In this document: piece by piece, positions 1 to 12,721 of the stretch | How positions within the stretch are numbered: the first letter of the stretch is position 1 | Layout of the letters: every line of letters starts with the position of its first letter | Source: Rhizophagus irregularis | Lineage: Eukaryota | Direction: 5' to 3' | DNA: 64,000 bases | Assembly: GCF_026210795.1 (NCBI RefSeq) | Contig: NC_089429.1 | Location: 4,216,001-4,280,000 of the forward strand | The notes under the pieces: generated by a model | Databases searched by the model: none | Told to the model about the DNA's origin: nothing | Seen by the model: only the letters and a program-made list of their open reading frames with translations | Program-made: the position numbers and the translations under genes

Positions 1-640
1 CGTTTATTTGATAAATAAAAAGGACCATCACTTAAAATATTTACATTATTTATTAATTCATCTAGAGTTTTCTTTTCTGTAAATCAAAATTTTAATTAGT
101 TACTTACCATATTAGTTTTACCATTACATTATTTACATATAATATATTTATACTTAACATACCTGTTCTCTTTGTTACACTTGATATAAAAATTTCAGGT
201 CTGTCAGGTATCATATCTTGGCGAAAATTTGTATCCGTTGCATTCAATTTATTATCAGTATCTTCATGGCCATCATTTTCAAATTTATTTTCGTAATCAT
301 CACGATCATCATAATCAAGTTGTGTAAGTGGTGTAAGCTCTCTTGTAGGATGTATATTAAGTACACTACTTTCAGTAAAAGAATTTTTCATTACTGGTGC
401 AAGTGGAGGAGTATTTGTGGTATTTTTATTTATTTGACAACTCGTAGTAAGTATATTATCATCAGGAGTTATAGATTCGCTAGATATATTACTATTAGTA
501 TTAGTAATAGAAGAATTTTTTGTTTGACGTTTTTTAATAGGCATATTGGAAGTTAAAGAAGCATTGTCAGCATTTTTAGTATTTCTAGTTATAGGTCGTC
601 TTCCAGTAAAACCTTTTTTAATTCCTTTACCACGAGGCAT
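1..640 (-). CDS. Hypothetical protein, truncated by the window edge; basic, low-complexity N-terminus; divergent partner of the transposase
   Basis: ATG at 640 (MPRGKGIKKGF). Intron 162-77 (GTATGT...CAG) restores the frame (EKKTLDELIINV...), which runs off the window start. Confidence 0.55.
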
Positions 641-837
641 ATTTGGTTTTAAAAAAAAGAATTTTTTTTAAGAAAAAGTCAATTATTAGTTTAATTTGAT
701 GAAGTTAAATACCGATCAATAAATCAATTGTTACACTAATATAGAATTTTATAGTGTATTTAATCATTAGATCTATAAAATTCTCATCTTTTTTTTATCA
801 AAATTCAAGATTAACGTTAAAATTTAGTTATAGAATA

Positions 838-3800
838 ATGTTTTTAAAAAAAATTAGAGCTAATAAAAAACAACATAAAAAATCCAACTTTCGTTTGCGT
901 AAATCTAGAGATACTCATTCAAATAATAATTCATCTATATCTAATCATACTATCATTTTAGATAAACAACAAAATATTTGTGAAAATAATACTTCATCAC
1001 AATCAAATACGAATAATTTTTATTATAAAATTAATGAAAGTATTAATAATAATCATGATACTAGCAAAAATAATAAAGATTCTTATCACAATTTTAATGA
1101 CTTTAACGAAGATCTTATTGATGATGATTTTACAGAAATTTATGATACTGGTGAAGAATTTAACAATATTGATGAAAATGTAAATGGAAATAGTGATATT
1201 TATGGAGAATTTAATTATATTGACGAAGATTTTACAGAAAATTGTGATACAAATGGGAAATTTAATGGACGAGAATATGATAATAATAAAAAACAAAATT
1301 GTTATTCTGGAGATGCAGGACCATATTTTCCAAATTTTACTATATTTTTATTATTTTTATGGGTTATAAAACATCAAATAGGTATATGTTTTTATCTATA
1401 AAATTACAGTACTACTTTTTATATTTTTATACTAATCATATATATTTTTAAAATTAGGTTTTGAAGCATATAAGGATTTTGCAAATATTGTTAAACATCC
1501 CAAATTTAATGCAAATGATGTTCCATTTTCACTCGCAACTGTTAAAAAGTATCGAAATGGGTTACCTCTCCTTCCATTTAAAGGATATACTGTTTCTCTT
1601 AACAATCATAATACACCATCTACCTCTAAACCTACTACTTAAGCTTTTATTTTTCCCTTAAAAAATATTCTTTGCCATATATTATCAAATCCACAGCTGC
1701 ATGAACATATGTACTTTGGTCCAGGTATATATTGTGAAAACAAACAGGAAATATGGCATGGAGTTCTCTGGCACAAATCTCCATTGTTTGGTACTGAACA
1801 CATTAAATTAAATGAAACAATTTATAATCTTGGTGATTTCATCAAATACTACAATATACATACAATCAATCAATTATGTTATGGTCGAATTATATCAATC
1901 TTACATATTAATGATTCTCATGATATTTGTATTAGAATTGAAAATATTATTGAATATAATTCATTGCCTTTTCAACTCAAATCACAGCAAAGAAGAAATG
2001 CTTCTTATGATGGATGTCTATGGATGACTGATTATACAATAATTATTAATCCTATAAATATTGTGTCAAAAGTAGATATTTGGTTAACAGATATTGGTGA
2101 ACTCAGCAATTTTCAATATTTTATAAATGAAATTGTATATTGTATCAATGGGCAGTGAAGCACAAGACCAATTGATTTACGACATCATCATCCAGTTGAA
2201 TATATAACTACACAAAATACTCCATCTAATTTACCAATTTACAAATTTTTTTTAGATATCTACATTGATAAGTTTGGTCCATTTCGTAATGCATACCATG
2301 GTATTGGTGGTATTTATTTGCAGATCGGAAATATGCCACAGATTTTACGTCAAAAACTAAAAAATCATTTTCTTATTGGCTTTATTCCTTTTTCAGCTTC
2401 ATGTGATGAGGTGTTACAGCCACTAATTAATGATATCCAAGATCTTGAACATGGTTATGAATTGGAAATTAGTAACCAAACTGTTTGGGTTACTGGTGGA
2501 TTGGGTGTCATAACAAGTGATTTACCTGAAGGTAATGAACAATCAGGAATCAAGAATCATAATGCACATTATGGATGCCGAAATTGTATGATCCATCATA
2601 ATAATTTGCATGATATTACTTTTGATATTGTTAAATATGCGTGTTACCATCACATAACTACATCTCATTTTGAAGATATAAGTAATGCTAAAACTCAAGC
2701 TGAACGTGAAATACTTTCTACTCAATATGGAATTCGTGAGAAACCTTCTAGTTTTGATAGTATTTCACGTGATAGACATATTCAATGTCCACATGATGCA
2801 TTTCATTGTATAGGTGGACTTGCAAAAGAAATGTTGCAATCAACATTTGGAATATTAAATTCAATAGGAGAGAATAAATTTTTAAATGTATGGCGTAATT
2901 TTGAATATCCATCAGTTTGGTCTCGTTAACAAAATCCTATTTCTCATTTAAACTCATATTTTTTTTCTGATTATCTTCGTTTAAGTATGATCATGCCATT
3001 TCTTATTAATAGATCATTAATATCCACTTCAATGCTAAATAGAACAATTGTTGAATTTTTAATTGAAGAAAGCAAATTTACAAAACGTCAAATAATAGAT
3101 CAATTTCTTAGTTTATGGGCATCTTTTTCTAAAATGGCATCATTAATATTTTGCAAAGAGTTTTCTGAAGATAATTACAATGATTTACAACAAAATATAA
3201 TACATTGGTCTGAAAAAGTTGGAAAGGTCTGTATCTAATTGATTTATAAGAGAATTTGTAAAAATTTGTCAATTACTTATTATTTTTTATAAATAAATTC
3301 ACAGTTTTTTCCTAGAATTACTCAATTACCAAACTTCCATATATTATGTCATTTTACTATGCATGCACGAAATTTTGCAACTCTGGTAAATGTTGCAGTT
3401 CCTACAAAAGAAATGATGCATAGACTATTCAAGGCAATGATTCCTCATTCTAATAAGAAAAATATAGAGATGGATTTTGTACAACGTGATAATTGTCTAC
3501 AAACTCTAAGATTTTTGTTGGATGGTGGTGTTGATAAAAGATATGATACAGAAAGACAATTAAATTTCAACATGTTATCAAAAGATCAATGTGTACGTGC
3601 ACTTCTTAGTTCATGGTACATTTTGCCATCTAAGTTTGATTTAGAACAAGATGATGATAATACATCTTTGCAAATAACATGTATGGACGAAAATTACATT
3701 AATATAAAAGTTCAAGGACTATATACTAAACACGATTTGCAAACTAATAACCTTGAGAAAAATCTTGATGACAACTTGTTTGCTGAACTTGGTCGTTCAT

Positions 3801-4282
3801 ATAATGAAGAGCTTGATTGTACTGAACATCTTACATCACGAAAAGTAAAATATTATAAAAGTATTAGTTATACTATAGTTGATGGTAATAATCAATCCAA
3901 TATAAGGCTTTGTGTTGGTGATGTCATAAATGTTTTAGAAGATATATCAGATGATAGAGAAACTGAACTTAAAACAATAACTTCTTATGCACAAATTCGG
4001 GCAATTTTTCTCCACACAAAAGATCAGTTACAAATTCCTTTTTTATTGTTAAACTGGTTTATTTCACTGGGTATTAATGATTCAAAATTAGGTTGTCCCC
4101 GATATAGACTTCAGCAACTATCAGATCAAACTTGGCGTCGAATTTATGCAATTAAATGGATAGATCACCAACCTAATAACCATTTTATACATCAGTGTCG
4201 AAAAACAGGTTGTGAAAATGGAAATCATGATAAAACCAATGTATATTATTTGCATAATATCTTTTATTATACTGCTATATAA
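838..4282 (+). pseudogene. Decayed DDE transposase of CMC(EnSpm)/Plavaka-like type with BAH-like segments
   Basis: Introns 1382-1457 and 3227-3304 join the ORF pieces in one frame. In-frame stops at 1640 (TAA), 2156 (TGA) and 2927 (TAA). Motifs YFGPG..WHG..W..SPLFG, LDIYIDKFGPFRN, DLPEGN...GCRNC, HDAFH, PNFH. Family assignment is from motif recognition only. Confidence 0.6.
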
Positions 4283-5105
4283 TATATTTAAATATTTGAT
4301 CAGCAATTAAATTTAAGTTGCATTATAATTTTTAAACTTTCTTTTATTTTATTACAGTCATTTGTCATTTTAAATAAAAAAGTTTTATTATTTTTAATTT
4401 CATTATAAATTTAATATAATAACTTGATTCAGACTGCTAAAATTCAAAGACAAAAAGTTTTGGCATTTACTATACTCTAGTTTAAATTTGTTCTTTAGGT
4501 ATGTCTTTTGAGAAAATCATTAACGATAGTTGTCATGTGTATATTTACTTATATAGATTTGGGAATTAGCAGTTTCTTTCAATAATTTTAACAAAAAAGT
4601 TTTTATTTGAAAAACTGCAAGATATATTAAGTGCAAAGAATAGACAACCAATTCTACTGCGTATATAATAATTTTAGATATACAGTATTATAATTATATT
4701 TTAATTAAGATAAAAATATATGTATTACGATACAATAGTATACTGTATACGATCAACTAACCTTAAAAGTCTAATCGATACTATAAATTACCTACTAACA
4801 TGTGATCGGCATAATAGGCACAGAAGCTACATAAGCATAAATATTTAATCTTGAAGTAAACATCGAATGAATTTTTCTTTCTTCCAGATCTATATCTCTT
4901 TATTATTTTTATTATTAAACTTTCTTATAAATTCTTCTAAATATTTATTATTTATTGCACAAATTTTGGTGATTTATGTTTTATGAAAAAAAAAACTTCC
5001 ACTCTTGTTTAAGAATTTCTTTGCCTTGTAGTGATTTTTAAACTGTTTTCACTTGAAATATACTAAAAACTTCAACACTAAAAAATTTGTAAAAGTTTGT
5101 TTGCG

Positions 5106-5500
5106 AAATGGATTACAAGGTAAAGCTAGAAAAGAAATATTTTTTTTTTATTTATTTTGTTAAGAACGTTTACTAACGTTCTTTTCTTTATATTTTATTT
5201 TTTAGAAAATGGTTTTTCAGAACTAATGGACGCAAGGTAAAACTGAAAAAAAATTTTTTTATTTATTTCATTAAAAATGTTTATTTACGTTCTTTACATT
5301 TTTATTTTTTTAGAAAATGGATCCTTGGATCTTTTAAGATAAAATGGACGTAAGGTAAAGCCAGAAAAAAATTTTTATTATTTATTTCGTTAAAAAATGT
5401 TTACTAACATTCTTTATATTTTTTAGTTTTATTTTGTTATTTTATTTCGTTAAGAACGTTGACTAACGTTCTTCTTTAAATTTTTTTTAGAAAATGGCTC
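5106..5500 (+). repeat. Tandem micro-exon/intron units (3)
   Basis: Introns 5120-5205, 5237-5313 and 5355-5490 (AAG|GTAAA...TACTAAC...TTTTAG|AAAATGG) with 31-41 nt exons similar to one another. Confidence 0.65.
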
Positions 5501-5997
5501 GCTTCCTAAGCAATGGCACCTTCGGAATTTGTATTTAGCAAAAATTTTTAAAAATTTTATTAGATGGTTTGATGCCAGAACGGGATTGAAAGCACGACAA
5601 GAATGAGATAAATGGCAATTGGTCAGGGACTAACTAACGAAAAGATGGAGTGTATTGGAGTCTTCTATAAAGAGTTTGTTCTCTAATCATTATTTCTTGG
5701 CCCTTTGTTTAATTTTATCTGTATGGCCTTGTTGTTCTTCTGCTTGTTCTAGCTTATAACGTATTTAGGTAAAGACCTTAATAAAGAATTTCCAAATAAT
5801 CTATTTTCTAAGAAGAAATTCCAGTACTTCTACCTTGGCCGGAGGGGTTGAAGCAGGATCTCTTGGAATTAAAGAGAACAAGTGAATATGAATTTTTGAA
5901 AAAACCCCAGACAGAATATACTGCAGCTTTCATTAAATTCATCAGGATCACGCAAAATTGAAAAGTGATCGGATACTTTAGTGATTCAAAAATAATG

Positions 5998-6197
5998 CAC
6001 AGGTCGAAATGCTAAAAATTGGCAAAAAAAATGGCGCGAAAAGCAGTGGCTATTCTTGGCTATTCTTGGCTATTCTTGGCTGTTTTTGGCTATTTACGAA
6101 TTAACCTATACTATTTGTAAATAGTTTATACAAATTTGCGAATAGTTTATGCAATTTGCGCCATTTTTTTTGCCTATTTTTGATCATTTGACGTGTG
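5998..6197. mobile_element. CACTA/CMC-like MITE, 200 bp
   Basis: Ends CACAGGTCGAAATG / CATTTGACGTGTG with inverted GGCAAAAAAAATGGCGC; 3-bp TSD ATG (5995-5997, 6198-6200); internal (GGCTATTCTT)n. Confidence 0.75.
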
Positions 6198-7254
6198 ATG
6201 GAAAATACAGTGCAGGCTTTCATGCAGAAAAATGATTTGAAGAAAGTATGGATGGTAAGGAATTTCAAAACAGTATATAGAGATGGGAAACGTAATAAGG
6301 ATAAGAAGAGAATAGAGGACAAGAGAGCTGCAAACTCTTTGCACAGTAAGGTAAATGATATTCTTATGCCACAAACGCCTCCAGAAAGGATTTACATGGG
6401 ACTATCAAATATGGTGACAAGGAATAAACAAAATTTATTACCCACAGAAATGATTATTGCAGAAATGAATCAAGGTCTAGGTGATTACAAGAAAAGGAGA
6501 ACGTAGATAGTGGCAGTGATGGAAACGATGATGATGATATAGGAATAGGTAATTTGGAAGAGTTAGCTAGCAAACCTTTAAAATGAGATAATGTAGCGCT
6601 GAACAAAGTTGTTGAGATTATAAAAAATTATTAAACAAACGAAAAGATAAAGTATATTTCATATCAAGCATCGTCAACAAATGCGCCTGCCAATGTTAAG
6701 GAAAGGTTAAATGGAAGAAATAAAAGGGATTTTTGATCAGAACTCCAACATGATGGAATGGAAAAAATTAACGTGGAAGTGGTGAGTGTAATATGAGCAG
6801 AGTATGATATAGTCAGGTCCTTAAAAGATTGGGTGCTTAAAGAAAATAATTTCTTTTTTTTGAGCCAAAAGTCATCAGTATGACGAAACAAAATAAAATA
6901 TTCCAGAAATATAACCACCCTTAACAATGATTTCAAAAAAAGGTTGAAAGAAGAAAATTGGAGGACCGATAAAGTAGAAGTAGGAGAAAAACAAGTATTG
7001 GTAGAGTCACCATCAAGAAGTGAATCTGAGAAAGCGAAGGTGAAGGTGAAGAAAAGAAGAAAAGAAGAAAATAGGAGATAGATAGGAATAGGAATGAAGA
7101 TTAATCGAAGTCACGTAATTTTACGTAAAAAAAATTTTTTTTTTTTCTGATAACAAAGTTTTGAAAAGATGCTAGTATAAAATTAAATTTTGAAGAAAGG
7201 TTCAACCGCCAGGAACTTCTCTTAAATTGCAGAAACCTTTCGGACACTTTGGAA

Positions 7255-8760
7255 CTGATGGAAGGTACTTAAAGTTACTTTTTTTAATTAGGAACATTAG
7301 TAAACATTACTAATATTCCATTTATTTTTCTTATTGTAGGAATTTTCAAGACGCTTCAGAACCAATGAAATGCCTTGAAAGGTAATTAAAAAAGGATCGG
7401 GGTCTTTTTTAAAATTAGGAACAGTAGTAAATATTACTAATGCTCCATTTTTTTATAGAAACCAACCTTTGACTTTTTCGGTTAAACAGATCAGAATCTG
7501 CATATCATGTGATTTAAAGCACAAAATACTAAAATTAAGCGCCAACTTTTCATTTTATTTAACAATTCTAGGAATATTTAATGATAAGAGAAGAAATTGA
7601 GTGTTGAAGATGAAAAATGAAGACTTGTGAGTTATTTGGACGCTAATCTTGGGATTACCATAAGAACAATGGATATGATCTTCAATGTAACAAGAAATTG
7701 AAATACTGGCGTTAGCTGATCCCATGAAAGGTTGGAATCTTCAAGATTATTGAATGGATCGTATTCTCTTACATCACACAGCCCATGATTGTTGATAAAT
7801 TTCATTGGCTACAGAAAAGACAAATAAGATGAACGTGACGATACTAATTTTATGATTGAAGTGGTCAACTTGACTGATCGTGAATAGAGAATAAGTTATA
7901 TATATATTTAGGATTAATTGTTGTTACATATATATTATATAAAAAAGCAATTACAAATGTTTAATAAATAAGCTACAAATATATTAATAACTAATTATAA
8001 AGTAATTATATACTGAATTAAAATACATTTTAAATATATTTTTATAAAGCATTCATAATATCTTTGATGTATTTGTAAATGATTATAAATATATTATAAA
8101 ATAGTTACAACATATATTTAACATCAATTATAAATTAATTGCATATTTAATTGAATACAATTACAAAACAATTTTAAAAGTATTATAAAATGATTTGATA
8201 TGAAATTACAATTATAGATAACATCATTTGTGATAGTTTCAAAATTATAATGTAATAAATATAAAATAAATTATAGCAAAATGATTTCAAATACATATCA
8301 AAAAAACTATAATTTTTAGTAAAGTATGTCTTTTAAACAGTTACTAATTTCTTTTTTTTCGTTATTCTTCAGCTCTTTAGATGTAAAATTTGGCAAAAAT
8401 ATTATATTCTTTTGACAAAATATTTTAGACTTTGAGTCTTTCAGTGAAATTAATTTTCATTTTTTATTTTTTTTAATGAACTATTTTTAACAGTTCAATT
8501 TTTCTTTTATAAATGGACTTGGTTATTTGAATATTAGATATATGAAAATTTGGTAATAAGGAATTACTTTTAATAATTAAAAGAATAATACTAATAGTAT
8601 TTTTAATTCTCTTCTATAGATATTAACTTTGAACTTGAATATTGCTTGAGATTGGATATTTTGACATGAAATCAGGTACATATATTTAAAGAAATTTCTT
8701 TGATTTTGTTTTTATTCAAAGATATTAATGATGCTCTTTTTATTTTTTTTTTATAGATAT
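7255..8760 (+). repeat. Further short intron/micro-exon units
   Basis: Candidate introns 7265-7339, 7382-7458, 8324-8372, 8553-8619 and 8676-8756 with similar short flanking exons; no long ORF. Confidence 0.45.
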
Positions 8761-9131
8761 TCAATTTTGGGCTTTAAATACGGAGTCAGTACCAAAATTT
8801 GATGCAACTAATAGGAGTTGTAATAATAATTTTAAAATTAATAGAATTAGACAGGTTTTAATATTTAATTATTGAAGCTATTTTTATTTAATACTTTTGA
8901 TTAATTAGCTTTAAAAAGAATATATAATAATATATAGAACATAATAAATAAATGTATTAATAATAATAAATAAAATATAATAAATAAAATTAATAAATTA
9001 AATAATATAATAATAGACAAATATAAATAAAAAATACTTTAAGGATTCCTTATTAGCGAATTTAGAGTCCTTAAGGATTCTATAAAAATTTTATGATAGG
9101 GAATCCTTGCTAGTGGGAAAGGTTTATTAGA

Positions 9132-12100
9132 CATCACGAAGTTAAACTAAGCATTTACCAACCATTTATTAAATGCTTTAAGAATATTTAATTTAAGTGC
9201 TTATTAAACAAGTTTCAACGCAGCTTGTATTCGATAAGCATTATTTTTTTATTGCTAATTGATTAATAGAAATTAATATAATTAAATTACTTAAATTAAT
9301 TATATAATAAACACCATTTTAGTATTGATATTTTATTATGGCATAATTTATATTTTATTATTATATTTTATACATTTTTCTATTATATTACATATAATAT
9401 ATAGTATCTTTATATTATGACTAATTTACTTTTTCAGACCTTACTACTATTTAAATTAGAAATTTGCGAAATTCCATATATAATAAGATATTATATTCAG
9501 TAACAGCCAAAAAGAAACAAAATTAAATAATGCATTCTCTGGTTGTAGCAGAAAGTGCGGTATAAAAAAACTGAAGGCAGAACAGACCACCACAAGCCAC
9601 AGATCATCACTACATATAGAGACCAGGTCGTCTAAAAAAAAGAAAAATTGAAACGTTAATAAAAACGTTCCGCTAAAAGAAATATATTCAAAAAAAATTC
9701 TCCTTACCAAAATTCTATGCGTCCAAAGATCTGAGCGTCTAGAAAAAAGATAAATCAAAGCGTTAATAAAGCATTTCGTTAAAAAGAAATAAATCAAAGA
9801 AAAATTCTAATACCAATTAAAATCTACGCATCCAATAATCTGATCGCCTAAAAAAAGAAGGATTGAAACGTCAGTGAGAACATTTTGCTAAAAGAAATAA
9901 ATTCAAAAAAATATTTTTGATTTTTCCTACCGATATTCCATACCAAAGGCCCGACCATCTAAATAAAAAAATTGAAACGTTAAAAACGCTTCATTCATTT
10001 CGTTTAAACAAATAATAAAGTAAAATAATAGCCCACCAAATCTAACATGTTCAGACCTGAAGAGCAAACTGACTAAAAAAAAGAAAGAAATGAATATGAT
10101 TAGTAATCTTCGTTAAAAGAAATAAATTAAATATAAAAAAACTTACGAATTCGTGCCTAGGAAATTTTGAAGTTGACTAAAAAAAGAATAATAAATAAAG
10201 CGTTAATAAACATTTTGTTAAAATAAATAAAAGAAAAAGTTACTTACCGAAATGTCACATCCAAAGAAAACTCGCCTAAAAAAAAATGAAAAAACGAAAT
10301 TGTTAGATTAACATTTCATTATAATAAAAAAATTTAAGAAACAAAAATATATACCGTAATCCACGTGTTCAAAGACTTAAAAAAAAGAAGCTGTCTAAAA
10401 AAGAGCAAGAAAACGAAACATTAGTAAATGTTTCATTAAAGAATAATTAAAAAATAGCCCCTCTCCTACCAAATTCAAGTATTCAAAAATCCAAGCCGTC
10501 CAAACTCCAGAAACCAGAAAGATCTGCCTAAAAAAGAAAAAGAAACGAACTGTTAGTATGGTTCATTAAAAATAAAAAAATTAGTAAAAAAAAATTAAGA
10601 CTTACCGAATTCCCAAGCCATCATCAATTTATTTTATTTTTAGTTAAGCTAAAAAAGAAAAAAAAGTGAATTGTTAATAACAGTTTGTTAAAGTAGTTAA
10701 ATTAAGAAAAATAAAAAAAACGTACTTAAGACTCACGTGTCAAAGAAACCAAGAGTCTAAGTGAAGTTGTTCCTAAAGAAAAAGAAAAGAAATGTTAGTG
10801 ATATTCCCAAAATACACAATTCCAACTCCTTCAATTTACAACTTACCTTTCATCAAGTTTCCTAGCCGAAGTCTGAGTCCAGGTGTTGTCTCTATAGAAA
10901 AGAATGAAATGAACATTAACATTAGTAACATTCTTAAATAAAAGAAAAAGTTCCAGCTTCACACATCCCTTCCCTTAACTTACCATAAAGTTCCTTGCCG
11001 AAATCCAAGCTCAGGAAAAAGGAAGAAATAGTAAAGTTTCATAATGAAACTTACCATTATTGAGATTTAATATTACTGCCCGATATTTCAAAAAAAACCT
11101 ACAAAAAAAAAATAGCAAAAGAAACGTTATTTAGCGTTTCTATTGAAAAAAAAGGAAAAAATGATAAGTTTCACTATGAAACTTACCATTTACACTTTAC
11201 AGAAATCCCGCGTCCAAAAAATTATTTCTTGAACTTACACTGGTTTAACATTTTCTTTACCGGTTAGACTATTTTTTTGTAGGTTTCAGTTTTAACTAGT
11301 TTCGAAGTGGTTTTCTACAAAATAATAAAAATGAAGTAAATGAAATCTAATAAAAAAAACAAAATTAGAACCAAAGAAATGAAAAACGATAATAAAAAAA
11401 ATCAATCAACTTACCAACCAGGAATATTCCTAAAGAAAAAAATTGATTAACTTTTGTCATTTCACTTGAACATGAAAGGTTTTATAAAAATGTTTTTTTT
11501 TACAATTTCATTGAATTAGCTTTTAGCTTTTTAACATTTTATACGTGATAGTAAATTTTTTCTAACGAATTTCTATATAAAAAAGATTATCAATTGAATC
11601 AGATCGATAATCATAACCGATACTGGAACTAAAAAAAAAAATAAAATTTTTTTAGTTTAAATAGACCAAATAGACCGAAATTGTATATATATAGTATATA
11701 TATATATTGAATATGATCATGATCTATAAATGTTAGAACTATATGTATATCATATGATATACTACAGCGAAATATCAAAACAGTTTTGCAGGTTTTGACA
11801 GTTTTGCAGTTTCGCATTTTATGATTTTACGAAACTAATTTTGGTAGTTTTGCATATATTACACCGCAAAACCCCTACATTTTTAGTTTAAAAAAAGAAT
11901 TTTTGGTTTTTTTTATGGGTGATTTTAACTTTTAAACAGAAGGGGAAAGGATAAAAAAGAGGAAAGAACAAAGGAAAAGAATAAAGGAAATGGAAATGGA
12001 GAGAGTGAAAGGAAGGAAGAAAAATAGAAGAGTGAAAAAAGTGAAGCTTCGTTGAAAAAAAAATTTGTAAAAAAAAGATTAATCTATATCACGTGATACG

Positions 12101-12501
12101 CGTAATACTAATTTTGGGACATGATTTTTTTTTAACAAGTTTATATTATTACATCAAAGGTAAGCCCCTAAGACTTAATATAAAAATAACAAAATCTAAA
12201 TGCTTATATTCTATGTTTTTTTAATAATAAATTCAAATGTTTAATTGATATTTTTTTTTCATAGCAATTAATAAGTATTAATTTAAAATATTTTTTAAGT
12301 GTTTTGTTAAAGTAGCAATTATGAAGTATTTAATAATTAATATTTAATTTGTAATTTATTACAATGATAAATAAATGCTTATTTTAAATACAAATAGATG
12401 TTCATGAAACATTAAGCATTCAGTAAATATAAAATTTAAGCATTTATTAAATAATTTGTGTTTGATGAATACAAGTCTAACATTTGATCAACTTCGTGAT
12501 G
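9132..12501. mobile_element. Non-autonomous TIR element (CMC-like), 3.37 kb
   Basis: Perfect 12-bp TIR CATCACGAAGTT (9132-9143) / AACTTCGTGATG (12490-12501); possible 2-bp TSD GA; AAGCATT/AATGCTT subterminal repeats at both ends. Confidence 0.7.
9632..11414 (-). ncRNA. Putative multi-intron non-coding transcript: about 15 tandem intron + micro-exon units
   Basis: Minus-strand GT...TAG introns at 9632-9707, 9739-9813, 9848-9930, 9959-10036, 10073-10146, 10177-10247, 10276-10354, 10395-10469, 10528-10605, 10649-10725, 10773-10846, 10892-10983, 11099-11186 and 11315-11414. Exons are mostly 28-58 nt. Splicing exon 10394-10355 to exon 10275-10248 gives stops in all three frames. Transcription is not shown. 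Confidence 0.55.
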
Positions 12502-12721
12502 GAGATCTTTACTAATTACAGGATTTTTGGAATCCCTAAGGATTTGCATCCCAAAAAATTTACTGATGTTTTCCAGTAATTTTCAAGGTGGATATACATT
12601 CAATTAAATAATGTATCATTATAATAATTATTAAAAAACTTGTAAAAATATCCAAATGAATGAAGGACTTTAAATAAATAAACCCTATCTTGTTGGAATA
12701 TATTTAATGGATACTTTATGC

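Noticed and set aside
6195..7080. Protein-coding gene
   Set aside because: Multiple stops and frame breaks and no recognisable family; probably decayed TE cargo.
9456..9797. 113-aa ORF over the intron array
   Set aside because: Reads through intron pyrimidine tracts (Phe-rich); no domain signal.
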